The notes under the pieces are model-generated. The model did not search any database. It had not been told where the DNA came from and saw only the letters and a program-made list of their open reading frames with translations. From assembly GCA_002269645.1 (NCBI GenBank), contig NIVC01002496.1, positions 1-36,755 of the forward strand: a stretch of DNA of 36,755 bases, in the 5' to 3' direction. The translations under genes and the position numbers were made by a program. Below, piece after piece: positions 12,502 through 26,361 of this stretch. How positions within the stretch are numbered: position 1 is the first letter of the stretch; each line of letters begins with the position of its first letter. The DNA is from Macrostomum lignano (Eukaryota).

Positions 12502-14370
12502 AGCCCCGCACTCCCTAAGCCCCGCACTCCCTAAGCCCCGCACTCTCTAAGCCCCGCACTCCCTAAGCCCCGCACTCCCTAAGCCCCGCACTCCCTAAGC
12601 CCCGCACTCCCTAAGCCCCGCACTCCCTAAGCCCCGCACTCCCTAAGCCCCGCACTCCCTAAGCCCCGCACTCCCTAAGCCCCGCACTCCCTAAGCCCCG
12701 CACTCCCTAAGCCCCGCACTCCCTAAGCCCCGCACTCCCTAAGCCCCGCACTCCCTAAGCCCCGCACTCCCTAAGCCCCGCACTCCCTAAGCCCCGCACT
12801 CCCTAAGCCCCGCACTCCCTAAGCCCCGCACTCCCTAATCATCACACTCCCTAATCATCACACTCCCTAATCATCACACTCCCTAATCATCACACTCCCT
12901 AATCATCACACTCCCTAATCATCACACTCCCTAATCATCACACTCCCTAATCATCACACTCCCTAATCATCACACTCCCTAATCATCACACTCCCTAATC
13001 ATCACACTCCCTAATCATCACACTCCCTAATCATCACACTCCCTAATCATCACACTCCCTAATCATCACACTCCCTAATCATCACACTCCCTAATCATCA
13101 CACTCCCTAATCATCACACTCCCTAATCATCACACTCCCTAATCATCACACTCCCTAATCATCACACTCCCTAATCATCACACTCCCTAATCATCACACT
13201 CCCTAATCATCACACTCCCTAATCATCACACTCCCTAATCATCACACTCCCTAATCATCACACTCCCTAATCATCACACTCCCTAATCATCACACTCCCT
13301 AATCATCACACTCCCTAATCATCACACTCCCTAATCATCACACTCCCTAATCATCACACTCCCTAATCATCACACTCCCTAATCATCACACTCCCTAATC
13401 ATCACACTCCCTAATCATCACACTCCCTAATCATCACACTCCCTAATCATCACACTCCCTAATCATCACACTCCCTAATCATCACACTCCCTAATCATCA
13501 CACTCCCTAATCATCACACTCCCTAATCATCACACTCCCTAATCATCACACTCCCTAATCATCACACTCCCTAATCATCACACTCCCTAATCATCACACT
13601 CCCTAATCATCACACTCCCTAATCATCACACTCCCTAATCATCACACTCCCTAATCATCACACTCCCTAATCATCACACTCCCTAATCATCACACTCCCT
13701 AATCATCACACTCCCTAATCATCACACTCCCTAATCATCACACTCCCTAATCATCACACTCCCTAATCATCACACTCCCTAATCATCACACTCCCTAATC
13801 ATCACACTCCCTAATCATCACACTCCCTAATCATCACACTCCCTAATCATCACACTCCCTAATCATCACACTCCCTAATCATCACACTCCCTAATCATCA
13901 CACTCCCTAATCATCACACTCCCTAATCATCACACTCCCTAATCATCACACTCCCTAATCATCACACTCCCTAATCATCACACTCCCTAATCATCACACT
14001 CCCTAATCATCACACTCCCTAATCATCACACTCCCTAATCATCACACTCCCTAATCATCACACTCCCTAATCATCACACTCCCTAATCATCACACTCCCT
14101 AATCATCACACTCCCTAATCATCACACTCCCTAATCATCACACTCCCTAATCATCACACTCCCTAATCATCACACTCCCTAATCATCACACTCCCTAATC
14201 ATCACACTCCCTAAGCATCACACTCCCTAATCATCACACTCCCTAATCATCACACTCCCTAATCATCACACTCCCTAATCATCACACTCCCTAATCATCA
14301 CACTCCCTAATCATCACACTCCCTAATCATCACACTCCCTAAGCATCGTACTCCCTAAGCCCAGCACTTC
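12502..14370 (+). repeat. Compound 16-bp array: ~21 x TAAGCCCCGCACTCCC, then from 12836 ~94 x TAATCATCACACTCCC
   Basis: Read directly; copy numbers from span divided by 16. Confidence 0.95.
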
Positions 14371-14990
14371 ATAAACCTCGCAGGCCATGAGCTCCATCAG
14401 CATATTTTCACTAGTTAAATAAAGTAGTTTAAAAGCACTATGCTCTTATTAAATTGCTCACACAGCGCCAAGTGCATTCGTTTCTCGAATCGAAGTACTT
14501 CATAGGTCTGCAATTTCGAAGCAGTGTGGCCAACCCATCCCCTTTGTCTCATAGCATCTCAGAACTGATTGAGAACTCGTGAGAACAACGCCCGCCCTCG
14601 CACAAAAGATCTAAGAGATAAGTATGCCCCTCAACTAAATGCTTTTCTATTGAAAGCCCACACAGAGCAATTGCTCGAGTTAATTAGCCCAATTACAAGC
14701 GCACTCACCCCGCGGCCAAGGGGTGTCTGAGCAGGTAGAGTTGAGAGGAAAGAGCTGCAATGGAGTCCTAAGAGCATTTCGTTGCCAGACATGAATCAAG
14801 TTGTTTTTTGGACAAAATGAAAGCCTTCGTTTTTGTTTGATGCTCTGAATAGAGTGAAGAGGCGGTACATGGGACAGCTGCTTACCCTCAGGTAACTAGC
14901 TCTCGCTTAGTGGCTGTGTGCCTGCGCACGTGACAGTGACAGTTCACTTTCACTCACTGCCTTACTAAATGTGCTTGGTGGCCGAATTAT

Positions 14991-16104
14991 GGATTAATGA
15001 ATAGAATGGATTGCTAATCTAGCCAATATGGATAGATTAATGAATAGAATGGATTGCTAATCTAGCCAATATGAATGGATTAATGAATAGAATGGATTGC
15101 TAATCTAGCCAATATGGATAGATTAATGAATAGAATGGATTGCTAATCTAGCCAATATGAATGGATTAAGGAATAGAATGGATTGCTAATCTAGCCAATA
15201 TGAATGGATTAAGGAATAGAATGGATTGCTAATCTAGCCAATATGAATGGATTAATGAATAGAATGGATTGCTAATCTAGCCAATATGAATGGATTAATG
15301 AATAGAATGGATTGCTAATCTAGCCAATATGGATAGATTAATGAATAGAATGGATTGCTAATCTAGCCAATATGGATGGAATAAGGAATAGAATGGATTG
15401 CTAATCTAGCCAATATGGATAGATTAATGAATAGAATGGATTGCTAATCTAGCCAATATGGATGGAATAAGGAATAGAATGGATTGCTAATCTAGCCAAT
15501 ATGAATGGATTAATGAATAGAATGGATTGCTAATCTAGCCAATATGGATAGATTAATGAATAGAATGGATTGCTAATCTAGCCAATATGGATGGAATAAG
15601 GAATAGAATGGATTGCTAATCTAGCCAATATGGATAGATTAATGAATAGAATGGATTGCTAATCTAGCCAATATGGATGGAATAAGGAATAGAATGGATT
15701 GCTAATCTAGCCAATATGAATGGAATAAGGAATAGAATGGATTGCTAATCTAGCCAATATGGATGGAATAAGGAATAGAATGGATTGCTAGTCGAGCCAA
15801 TATGGATAGATTAATGAATAGAATGGATTGCTAATCTAGCCAATATGGATAGATTAATGAATAGAATGGATTGCTAATCTAGCCAATATGGATAGATTAA
15901 TGAATAGAATGGATTGCTAATCTAGCCAATATGAATGGATTAATGAATAGAATGGATTGCTAATCTAGCCAATATGAATGGAATAAGGAATAGAATGGAT
16001 TGCTAATCTAGCCAATATGGATGGAATAAGGAATAGAATGGATTGCTAATCTAGCCAATATGGATGGAATAAGGAATAGAATGGATTGCTAGTCGAGCCA
16101 ATAT
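14991..16104 (+). repeat. 43-bp minisatellite GATTAATGAATAGAATGGATTGCTAATCTAGCCAATATGGATA, ~26 copies
   Basis: Read directly; period 43 verified (14992 to 15035). Confidence 0.95.
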
Positions 16105-16493
16105 TAGGTTTTTACTTTCTAGCAGAAGTTTACCTTTTTATTATTCGGAATGGCCAAGTTAGATTTAGATAGCGAGCAGACCAGTAAGCGCCGGGCTGTT
16201 TGCACAGAGTCCATTACACAGGCCGGCCTCTGCCGTCTGTTTGCCTGTCCGCCCCCAACTAGAAGCCAGAGCCAGGCAAGACAAGCAATTCTAGACAAGT
16301 TGAAGCCTTCCATTGTTCAGTTGGTCAAGGCTGAGGTGGCAACCGCTCTCCAAAGAGGTGTGTTTGCTGTTGCGCAGGCCTCCCTATAAGGAGGCTGGAA
16401 TGGGGACTGTACACACCGCATATTGCTGCCATTGTGGGCAACCTTTTAACTTGAGAGCTTGAGACATGACCTTAGCTGAGAACTTCAAGTATT

Positions 16494-16795
16494 AATCTCT
16501 ATGCTAGAATCTATGCATTTAAGTTAATCTCTATGCTCACTATAGGTGAAGTGTAGTAGTGTCTCAGCATTGGGTTAATCCCTATGCTCACTATAGGTGA
16601 AGTGTAGTAGTGTCTCAGTATTGAGAGAATCCCTATGCTCACTATAGGTGAAGTGTAGTAGAGTCTCAGCATTGAGTTAATCCCTATGCTCACTATAGGT
16701 GTAGTGTAGTAGAGTCTCAGCATTGAGAGAATCCCTATGCTCACTATAGGTGTAGTGTAACAGAGTCTCAGCATTGAGAGAATCCCTATGCTCAC
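16494..16795 (+). repeat. 51-bp repeat AATCCCTATGCTCACTATAGGTGAAGTGTAGTAGTGTCTCAGCATTGAGAG, ~5.5 copies
   Basis: Read directly; period 51 (16526 to 16577); explains the 17-aa-periodic ORF 16511-16795. Confidence 0.9.
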
Positions 16796-17302
16796 TGGTT
16801 ATAGCGTAGAGTCACCTTGAAGTCCTTAATCATAAAAAATGTGCACTCAGCACCCAAGTTTTCAAACCTGTACACCAGCTGATGCTGTTAGAGAAATTAG
16901 CAATTCAAAATAGGCACCTGCCAGGCCTGAGACTTTTCTGCTTGACAACGAAGAGAAAATGAAAGAAAAACATAAGTGAGAGACTTTGCTTTGAGTGCAT
17001 TGTAAACAAATGGCATAGTTCACTGACATGTGCCCGCCCTGGATAGCGTGGTCTGGTCACTAGGCATGCCACGCCTCAAGGCCAAGGGGCAGGGCGGCTC
17101 AGGTGTAAACTCGTCTGTGTGCTCAGGGGTCAGCGGGATGGGCAGAATTGCCCCAGCGCTGGTTGTGGGACTTTTTTTGCGACAGGTGCCCCCAGCGCTC
17201 CTGCGAATATTATTAATACTATTATTTTTATCTTTAATAATTACTATAATTTGTTTCACATATTTAAAATTCGCTTCCTTTTAAAACTGCCTTCATTCGC
17301 AG

Positions 17303-17385
17303 GCGAGCTGCTGCCAAGGCACAAGGAGATTTTTCAGGAGAATTCGTTTTTTCGCGGCCTCAAAATACCTGAGCCCGAGAATCAG
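17303..17385 (+). CDS. CDKL1: CDKL1-like exon 6 (83 nt)
   Basis: Acceptor TTCGCAG|; (G)ELLPRHKEIFQENSFFRGLKIPEPENQ; donor CAG|GTGAGA. Confidence 0.93.
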
Positions 17386-17464
17386 GTGAGACAGTCTACC
17401 GCTGTTGCTAATGGAATTAGATCGTAATGAAACCACTATAACAACACAAACTGAAAATGTGCAG

Positions 17465-17533
17465 GAGAGCCTTGAGGAAAAATTTCAACATATGAAGGAG
17501 CCGCTCTCGACAAAAGAGCTGCAGTTTTTGCAG
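17465..17533 (+). CDS. CDKL1: CDKL1-like exon 7 (69 nt)
   Basis: Acceptor GTGCAG|; ESLEEKFQHMKEPLSTKELQFLQ (cf. E.LE.KF in CDKL1); donor CAG|GTAAGC. Confidence 0.9.
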
Positions 17534-17612
17534 GTAAGCTGCCATAGAATTCCATTTTATGCTTTGCACACCTGATAAATCAATAAACTAATTGCTTTCG
17601 TTGCTTTTTTAG

Positions 17613-17765
17613 TTCTGCTTCAAGATGGACCCGGTGCAGCGGGCGACCTGCGAGGATTTGAAACGGTTCGACTATTTCGATCGCAGCATGTACAGCGACG
17701 TCTACAGGGATGAAGACGCTGGACGACGGAGAATGAAGGCTTTGGATATGAAACAACGGGCGCAG
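17613..17765 (+). CDS. CDKL1: CDKL1-like exon 8 (153 nt), end of kinase domain
   Basis: Acceptor TTTTTTAG|; FCFKMDPVQRATCEDLKRFDYFDRSMYSDVYRDEDAGRRRMKALDMKQRAQ (subdomain XI, MDP..R.TC); donor CAG|GTGGGT. Confidence 0.92.
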
Positions 17766-17807
17766 GTGGGTGTCAGTGAGGTGGGGTATGGAAGGATTGC
17801 CTAACGG

Positions 17808-18492
17808 TTAGGTGGGGTAAAAATTAAGTTACCCGACGGACAGCTAATCAGCGATTAGGTGGAGTAGAAATTAATTGTCCGACGGACAGCCAATCAGCGA
17901 TTAGTTGGGGTAAAAATTAATTGCCCGACGGACAGCCAATCAGCGATTAGGTGGGTAGAAATTAGTTGCCCGACGGAAAGCCTATCAGCGATTAGGTGGG
18001 GTAGAAATTTGTTGCCCGACGGAAAGCCAATCAGCGATTAGGTGGGTAGAAATTAGTTGCCCGACGGAAAGCCTATCAGCGATTAGGTGGGGTAGAAATT
18101 TGTTGCCCGACGGAAAGCCAATCAGCGATTAGGTGGGTAGAAATTAGTTGCCCGACGGAAAGCCTATCAGCGATTAGGTGGGGTAGAAATTAGTTGCCCG
18201 ACGGACAGCCAATCAGCGATTAGGTGGGTAGAAATTAGTTGCCCGACGGAAAGCCTATCAGCGATTAGGTGGGGTAGAAATTAGTTGCCCGACGGACAGC
18301 CAATCAGCGATTAGGTGGGTAGAAATTAGTTACACGACGGAAAGCCAATCAGCGATTAGTTGGGGTAAAAATTATTTGCCCGACGGACAGCCAATCAGCG
18401 ATTAGGTAGGGTAGAAATTAGTTGCCCGACGGACAACCAATCAGCGATTAGGTGGGGTAGAAATTAGTTACCCGACGGACAACCAATCAGCG
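17808..18492 (+). repeat. 45-46-bp minisatellite TTAGGTGGG(G)TAGAAATTAGTTGCCCGACGGACAGCCAATCAGCGA, ~15 copies, CDKL intron 8
   Basis: Read directly. Confidence 0.95.
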
Positions 18493-18553
18493 CTGAGAAT
18501 TAATTATACCGCAGTTCTGTTAACAACCATAATTTCAGTGGCCCTCTCTACAG

Positions 18554-18646
18554 CAGAACCACATGACCAATCCGATATCGAAGTCGCCGCAGAACAATTC
18601 AAAGCAAGGAAAGAAGCACAGCCACTTGCCCAGCATATCGCACTGA
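18554..18646 (+). CDS. CDKL1: CDKL1-like terminal exon 9
   Basis: Acceptor CTCTCTACAG|CAG; QNHMTNPISKSPQNNSKQGKKHSHLPSISH*. Gives a total CDS of 1053 nt (350 aa plus stop). The LPSI ending resembles the LP.I/FPNI C-termini of short CDKL1/4 proteins. Confidence 0.75.
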   Translation, partial: QNHMTNPISKSPQNNSKQGKKHSHLPSISH

Positions 18647-19679
18647 TTTAGAACAGAGCTTAGCCAGCAGCTGTTTGCATGCAGATACTCAACTCAACTT
18701 TCACCTTTTTATGTCGTTCTCTAATTTTCCTTCTTTAGTAGATTCACAATGGTGTTTGAACCAGTGTGTGTTTGCGTGTTTTGATTAACTTGAGTCCAGC
18801 ACAATTACCTACATAATAATGGACTCGCATCTGGCACTTTTTGAACGATATAAGATTTATCATGCATTTTCTCCTTTCATCAGATCTGACTTTGCACTGC
18901 TCGACGGAGTTTGTTCCTTTTACTGCTTCTCTTCTGCTTTCAACCGATCGACCAAGGCTGAGCGCAGACCTGCCTGTCCAGAGATCGATGCCCGGGGTCT
19001 GCGCTTATTCACTCTGTTGTAAACTTTTAACTGCGATTAGTGCAGAAATTATAAGCATTGCCGATTGCTTGGGATGGATACTAAGGTGTACTGACTGCCT
19101 GCCAGACTGTCAGACACCACAGGCGGGCAGACTTTCCCTATTTTCCTGACTTTCCCTAACACAAGAAGATACTTTTCAATTGACAATCCTATGCAATTTC
19201 TCTTTAACAGAATTTCAGACGCACCTGTTTGCGTTTGAGTCAGAAAGCTGTTTAGTCGCTAAAAACATTCCTTCTGTTTTCTGGATTTTTAGTGAAAACA
19301 AAAAGTTTTTCTGTTTTACTCTCTGTTCGCACTACTGATATTAGTAGAGTTGTAAGTAACATTTTACTGCCGCATGGATTTGCTGTGAGATTTAATTCGA
19401 TTGTTTTTCTCAAAACAAAGCACCTTCACCTGTCACCAGCAGCTTAGTGCACCAGGAAAGCATGTCAGTTTGTCAATTCTTCTCTTGTCAGGAATTAATT
19501 TGTTAATTACAAATTTGTTGTTGTTTGCGTACATAATATACAAGCTATTGGTGCGTGTTGCCAACTGAATATGAATATACTTATTATTAATAGCACTGTA
19601 ATCAACTATTGTAACTCCTACATATTTTTAATTTTGTCTTAACTGTATTTTTCAATTCGAAGCTCTTCAGTCTGCTTCA

Positions 19680-19685
19680 AATAAA
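19680..19685 (+). terminator. Candidate polyadenylation signal for the CDKL gene
   Basis: AATAAA ~1 kb after the stop, at the end of a U-rich putative 3'UTR, followed by T-rich sequence; not confirmed. Confidence 0.4.
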
Positions 19686-19723
19686 TTTTCATAAATTTTC
19701 ACTTACCGCAAAATACACATCAT

Positions 19724-20982
19724 AAGAGTTGCCATTACCTGAAGCTACGGGTCCCAAGAGTTGCCATTACCTGAAGCTACGGGTCCCAAGAGTTGCCATT
19801 GCCTGAATCTACGGGTCCCAAGAGTTGCCATTACCTGAAGCTACTGGCCCCAAGAGTTGCCATTACCTGAAGCTACGGATCCCAAGAGTTGCCATTACCT
19901 GAAGCTACGGGTCCCAAGAGTTGCCATTACCTGAAGCTACGGATCCCAAGAGTTGCCATTACCTGAAGCTACGGGTCCCAAGAGTTGCCATTACCTGAAG
20001 CTACGGATCCCAAGAGTTGCCATTACCTGAAGCTACGGGTCCCAAGAGTTGCCATTACCTGAATCTACGGGTCCCAAGAGTTGCCATTGCCTGAATCTAC
20101 GGGTCCCAAGAGTTGCCATTACCTGAAGCTACTGGCCCCAAGAGTTGCCATTACCTGAAGCTACGGATCCCAAGAGTTGCCATTACCTGAAGCTACGGGT
20201 CCCAAGAGTTGCCATTACCTGAAGCTACGGGTCCCAAGAGTTTCCATTACCTGAAGCTATGGGTCCCAAGAGTTGCCATTACCTGAAGCTACGGGTCCCA
20301 AGAGTTGCCATTACCTGAAGCTACGGGTCCCAAGAGTTGCCATTACCTGAAGCTACGGGTCCCAAGAGTTGCCATTACCTGAAGCTACGGGTCCCAAGAG
20401 TTGCCATTACCTGAAGCTACGGGTCCCAAGAGTTGCCATTACCTGAAGCTACGGGTCCCAAGAGTTGCCATTACCTGAAGCTACGGGTCCCAAGAGTTGC
20501 CATTACCTGAAGCTACGGGTCCCAAGAGTTGCCATTACCTGAAGCTACGGGTCCCAAGAGTTGCCATTACCTGAAGCTACGAGTCCCAAGAGTTGCCATT
20601 GCCTGAAGCTACGGGTCCCAAGAGTTGCCATTACCTGAAGCTACGGGTCCCAAGAGTTGCCATTACCTGAAGCTACGGGTCCCAAGAGTTGCCATTGCCT
20701 GAAGCTACGGGTCCCAAGAGTTGCCATTACCTGAAGCTACGGGTCCCAAGAGTTGCCATTGCCTGAAGCTACGGGTCCCAAGAGTTGCCATTACCTGAAG
20801 CTACGGGTCCCAAGAGTTGCCATTACCTGAAGCTACGGGTCCCAAGAGTTGCCATTACCTGAAGCTACGGGTCCCAAGAGTTGCCATTACCTGAGGCTAC
20901 GGGTCCCAAGAGTTGCCATTACCTGAGGCTACGGGTCCCAAGAGTTGCCATTACCTGAGGCTACGGATCCCAAGAGTTGCCA
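19724..20982 (+). repeat. 32-bp minisatellite AAGAGTTGCCATTACCTGAAGCTACGGGTCCC, ~39 copies
   Basis: Read directly; period 32 (19741 to 19773); contiguous units without spacers. Confidence 0.95.
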
Positions 20983-21812
20983 CTTTTCACATCTTTCCGC
21001 AGAAGCAGCAGATAGTGACACAAGTGTTGATAGAAGTCATATCTTATACAAAATCTAAAGCACTTTGCCACACAACTCCATATAGACTTCTTAAAGCAGA
21101 AAGAAACCACACAGGAACGGCTGCAAGTGCTCAGTCGCTCAATGACAGACAGAACGTGATCAAGCTCGCGTGCCAGTCTCTCCAGCAGTCAGCCCATTGT
21201 CCATGAAGGGGCAAAGCGAACGCCTCTTTCTCCCCAGTGCATTGGGAGCCGTGCTGAGGTGCCCGACAAGAGAGCAGAGGAGAGGGCGCGAAGGCCGGGA
21301 GAGTCTAGCAGTGGATGAGGAGAATCTCAATCTTGCCGCCGCCTCCTAATTGGGGCGAGCCAGTCTTCATTAGCGCCGTGCCTTCGTCTCTCTTCGACAC
21401 CCCCGTTCCACTCGGGCTCCTTCACCTTCTCCGACTCACTCTGCCGCTTCTGCTGCCCGGTCTTCGCTTCGAGCTTCGGGCGGCGGGCGGGCGGCGAGGC
21501 TCGAGTGGCTCGGGCTTCACGTCCGGATTCGAGCGAGTTGCTGAGAAGGGCAGTTTACGAGCTAGAATAGAAAAAAGTTTCTGTTCAACCTTTGACTAAA
21601 TAAGTGCCTGTTCGGTAGAGCGGATGGGGGAAGCCGGGAGGATCATACGGGGGGATTTATTTCTGCGAGAAATTATTGGGAAGCGGATGAGGGTGCGAGA
21701 CTTCGTTCACGTTTGGAATTTTGGGACTTTCGTCCCCGAAGCCGCGGATTGAGGGGAACTGCCAGAAAAATGTTAAGATAGAATGATTGACGAATATGAG
21801 GAGAGCCGGGGT

Positions 21813-23147
<1,335 letters not shown>

Positions 23148-23947
23148 TTGGATGGGATCTACTTTGAAGTTGCAGTACTCACAATATGAAAAAAGCATTC
23201 TGTGAGTCATGAAGAGTACTGGCAGTTTGATCAATCCATCCTCTCTCACCCATTCGCCACTAGGAAGCAGTCGAGCCAATGACAATCCCTCTGCAGTCCT
23301 CTCTTCTCCATAAGCCGGAGTCCTCGAGGCCATTCTTTTGAAAATGTTAAGAGCAGACGCGAACGGAGACGCAACTTCAAACCGTTGTCAAGGCAACGCG
23401 ATGGATTTGCAGGAGATGGATTTTGAAGCGCCGCTGGCGGAGCCAGAGATGTCGCCAACGCGTTGCCAGCAGCAGCAGCAGCAGCAGCCCACTGATGAAG
23501 TTTTAATTTACCAAGCCAAGTTTCGCATAGAGGACGCGCTTAGCGATCTCAATCGGACCAGCTCGCTCAAGATGGAGGCGGCCGGTCATAAGGTTTGTTC
23601 ACAAGGTCGTCATTTCTATTGGTATGGGCTATGGACTATAATATGATGCAGCCAGCTCAGACTCTGTCTCTAGGCGGACAGGCTGATGAAACTCGAAGTC
23701 GCTTTGTCCTCCCCCGTCCTTTCTTTCTTGAGCTCACGTCTTCTTTCATCAATTTGAGCTGGAAGAGTGCCTCCTGTCTCAGTGGCTGTTTACGCCTAAT
23801 GAGCTGCTCACAGCTGAGCCCCACTGCTCAGGGATGGCGGCAAAGTAGATTCCATCTTCTCTGAGTTGTTTGTCTCACTATAGATGAATTGAGTTTGTAA
23901 TGACTGAATTGGTAATTGGGTTTGTTGGCTGTGAGATCTAGACTCAA

Positions 23948-24093
23948 GGTGATGAGAGTCAGTGGGTGATGAGAGTCAGTGGGTGATGAGAGTCAGTGGG
24001 TGATGAGAGTCAGTGGGTGATGAGAGTCAGTGGGTGATGAGAGTCAGTGGGTGATGAGAGTCAGTGGGTGATGAGAGTCAGTGGGTGATGAGA
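23948..24093 (+). repeat. 17-bp repeat GGTGATGAGAGTCAGTG, ~8.5 copies
   Basis: Read directly. Confidence 0.93.
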
Positions 24094-25239
24094 TTATGGC
24101 AGGTCGCAGCTCCCACCCTGCATTTCTACCCCAGCTCGGGGCTTCCAGCCAATCAAAGCAGGGTAAACTGAATCTGAATTTCCCACTCGCTCACAGTCAC
24201 TTCCTCGAGAATTAACCCACTAAAGGCGACCAACTCTGCCTAAGTTTTATTCTCACCGAGTTTGCTTCATTGATTTCAAAGACTGGTCAACCCGATCAAG
24301 AGCGGGTCCGGCCTGCCTGCTTTGGCATCGCATTTCGTATTCTCACCCCGAGCTTGGCATCCGGGTGCTCGTTTGCTGTCCGAGATGTCCCTCTCAGATG
24401 AAGAGCAGCACCCATCGATCCATCTGTTGGTCAGGTTTCGCGGGGTGATTGTTGTTGGGGTAATTCAAACAGCATCTTCCCTGCCATCTCTGGCTCCACG
24501 TGATCTGCCAAGGAGACCGTGAAGCAGTATCGAGCAACCTTTCCAACAATGGGTCATAAATTCAGTTTGATGCAGATGATGACATCGAAAAGAATTGCGA
24601 TGCAGAAAAGGTTTCCATTTGTCAGTAGACTTTCATCGGCAATGATCTCATTTTGATTGAAGCAATTATAGGTCTGTCTTGTAGTCTCTGGTGAGGGGCG
24701 GTCCTGGCTAGCGAAACGGACACTTCCCTGATTTTTAAGTGAGCCTTAGTGAGCTATCAGCCGTTAGCCCTTTAGAGAGAAGAGTTGGCGTGCCAGACCC
24801 TGGTTCAAGGTCTCCTTGGACCTACCCATAGGGTTAGACTTGAACTGGTAGACACAGACAGCAGGTCACGGTGAGTGGGCGGCGCGCTCTATCCCAAGCC
24901 CAAGGCGGCTCACAGCCACAGACGCCGAGTAATTCGATCTGATGGCGCTGAAAATTCTCCCCATCTCTCCGGGCATTTCGAATGCAGGATTAGAGTGGCC
25001 CGCGATGCTGTACTCGGTGCATGCAGGCGCTATTCCAGTCCAATTATTGTTCCGATGGCGACGCTATTATATTCCGGGGCAGTTTTCTCACCTATTAAGA
25101 TTGAGGGTCACGGCTCCCCCAGGGACACAGGACATGCGGGTCCACTGGGATCGGTTCACAAATATTGAAATTTTGCAGTATAGAAGCCCATAGTTCACAA
25201 ACTTGACTACAGAAGCTGGAAACTTGGTAATTCACGCTC

Positions 25240-25520
25240 TCACTCCCTCTCTGCCTCTCCTTCTCCCTCTCCTTATCCCACTAACTCTCACTTCTCCCTC
25301 TCCCTCTCCCTCTACCTCTCCCTCTCACTCTCCTTCTCACTCTCCCTCTCCCTCTTCATCTCCCTCTACCTCTCCCTCTCCCTCTCACTCTCCTCACTCT
25401 CCCTCTCCCTCTACCTCTCTCTTTCACTCTCCTTCTCACTCTCCCTCTCCCTCTTCATCTCCCTCAACCTCTCACTCTCAATCTCCTCACTCTCCCTCTA
25501 CTCTCCCTCTACTCTCATTC
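25240..25520 (+). repeat. CT-rich low-complexity tract (CTCTCC/CTCACT)
   Basis: Read directly; explains the SP-rich ORF 25203-25682. Confidence 0.85.
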
Positions 25521-26361
25521 CAATTCTCGCTGTCAGACGGCCTGTGTTTGGCAGCCCCCATATTTCCGCAGCATTTCCACGGAAAGCCCATCGGACTTGA
25601 AGCGCCAGCAGCCACAGAGTTCGCATTCATCAGCCGCCTGCCTGCCTATAGCGCCGGATCGAAACAGGCGGCCATCTTTTAATTCTCTCACATCGACCGA
25701 TTCCAGAATTGGGAGCCGCAGGGACGCAGACAGAGCGGGGGGATTAGGCTTAAGCCCGGCAGCAGATGGGGACACCCAAGCCAATCTGTCATTGCCTCCA
25801 GCTAGCATTCCCCGATTGCATGGTAAATTGGGAGTTCAGAACTCTTCTAGTCTGGGGGGGGGCAGAAGTTATTGTGGTGCGCTGCGGCCGTTGCGGCGGC
25901 TCTGAGGCGCGTCGGCGTGCGCGAAGATTGCGTTCGCGCGCCAAACTGCAGATAATTGCTGCCGATGCTGTTGGACTTTTCTTTTCTTTTGCTCCTCATC
26001 CTCCTCTTTCTGCTGGGCAGCTGCGGGTTGATTGATCTGGCGTCTGAGAAAATAAATTGCTTTTTCGAGCCGCATCGGCTTTTCATTGAGCCTCTGGCCG
26101 GGCTCGGCGACAAGCGAGTCACCAATGCGGCCTGGACCCTTCAAGCTAGGTGCGGGAGGTGCTGCTCTGTTGACTCGGCCTGTTGGTTGACGCCGGTGCC
26201 CCCGGATCCCGCACCCTGTGGCGCTGCTTATCATTTTTTCTTACTGAACAGATTTCGACTGCGTATTTCATTCTTTTTGTTGTTCACAGCTCATCGGGAG
26301 TCGAACCCCCTTCTGATCATGGAAACTCAGCGAGATTCGAACCCCCTCCCGCCCGCAGAGT

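Noticed and set aside
16150-16389. 79-aa ORF in CDKL intron 5
   Set aside because: Contains a stop, is not needed for the kinase (exon 5 joins exon 6 in phase), and has no recognisable homology.
19724-20982. CRISPR-like appearance of the 32-bp (and 27-, 43-, 45-bp) repeats
   Set aside because: Units are head-to-tail with no unique spacers, there are no cas genes, and the context is eukaryotic.
24830-25065. Minus-strand peptide NNNWTGIAPAC resembling a sushi/CCP domain end, and nearby ORF 25533-25808
   Set aside because: Only one short motif, preceded by in-frame stops; no coherent exon chain could be built.
26296-26346. Two B-box-like words (GAGTCGAACCCC, GATTCGAACCCC) on the minus strand
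   Set aside because: No A box or tRNA fold, and they lie in probable exon sequence; likely chance or a small local duplication.
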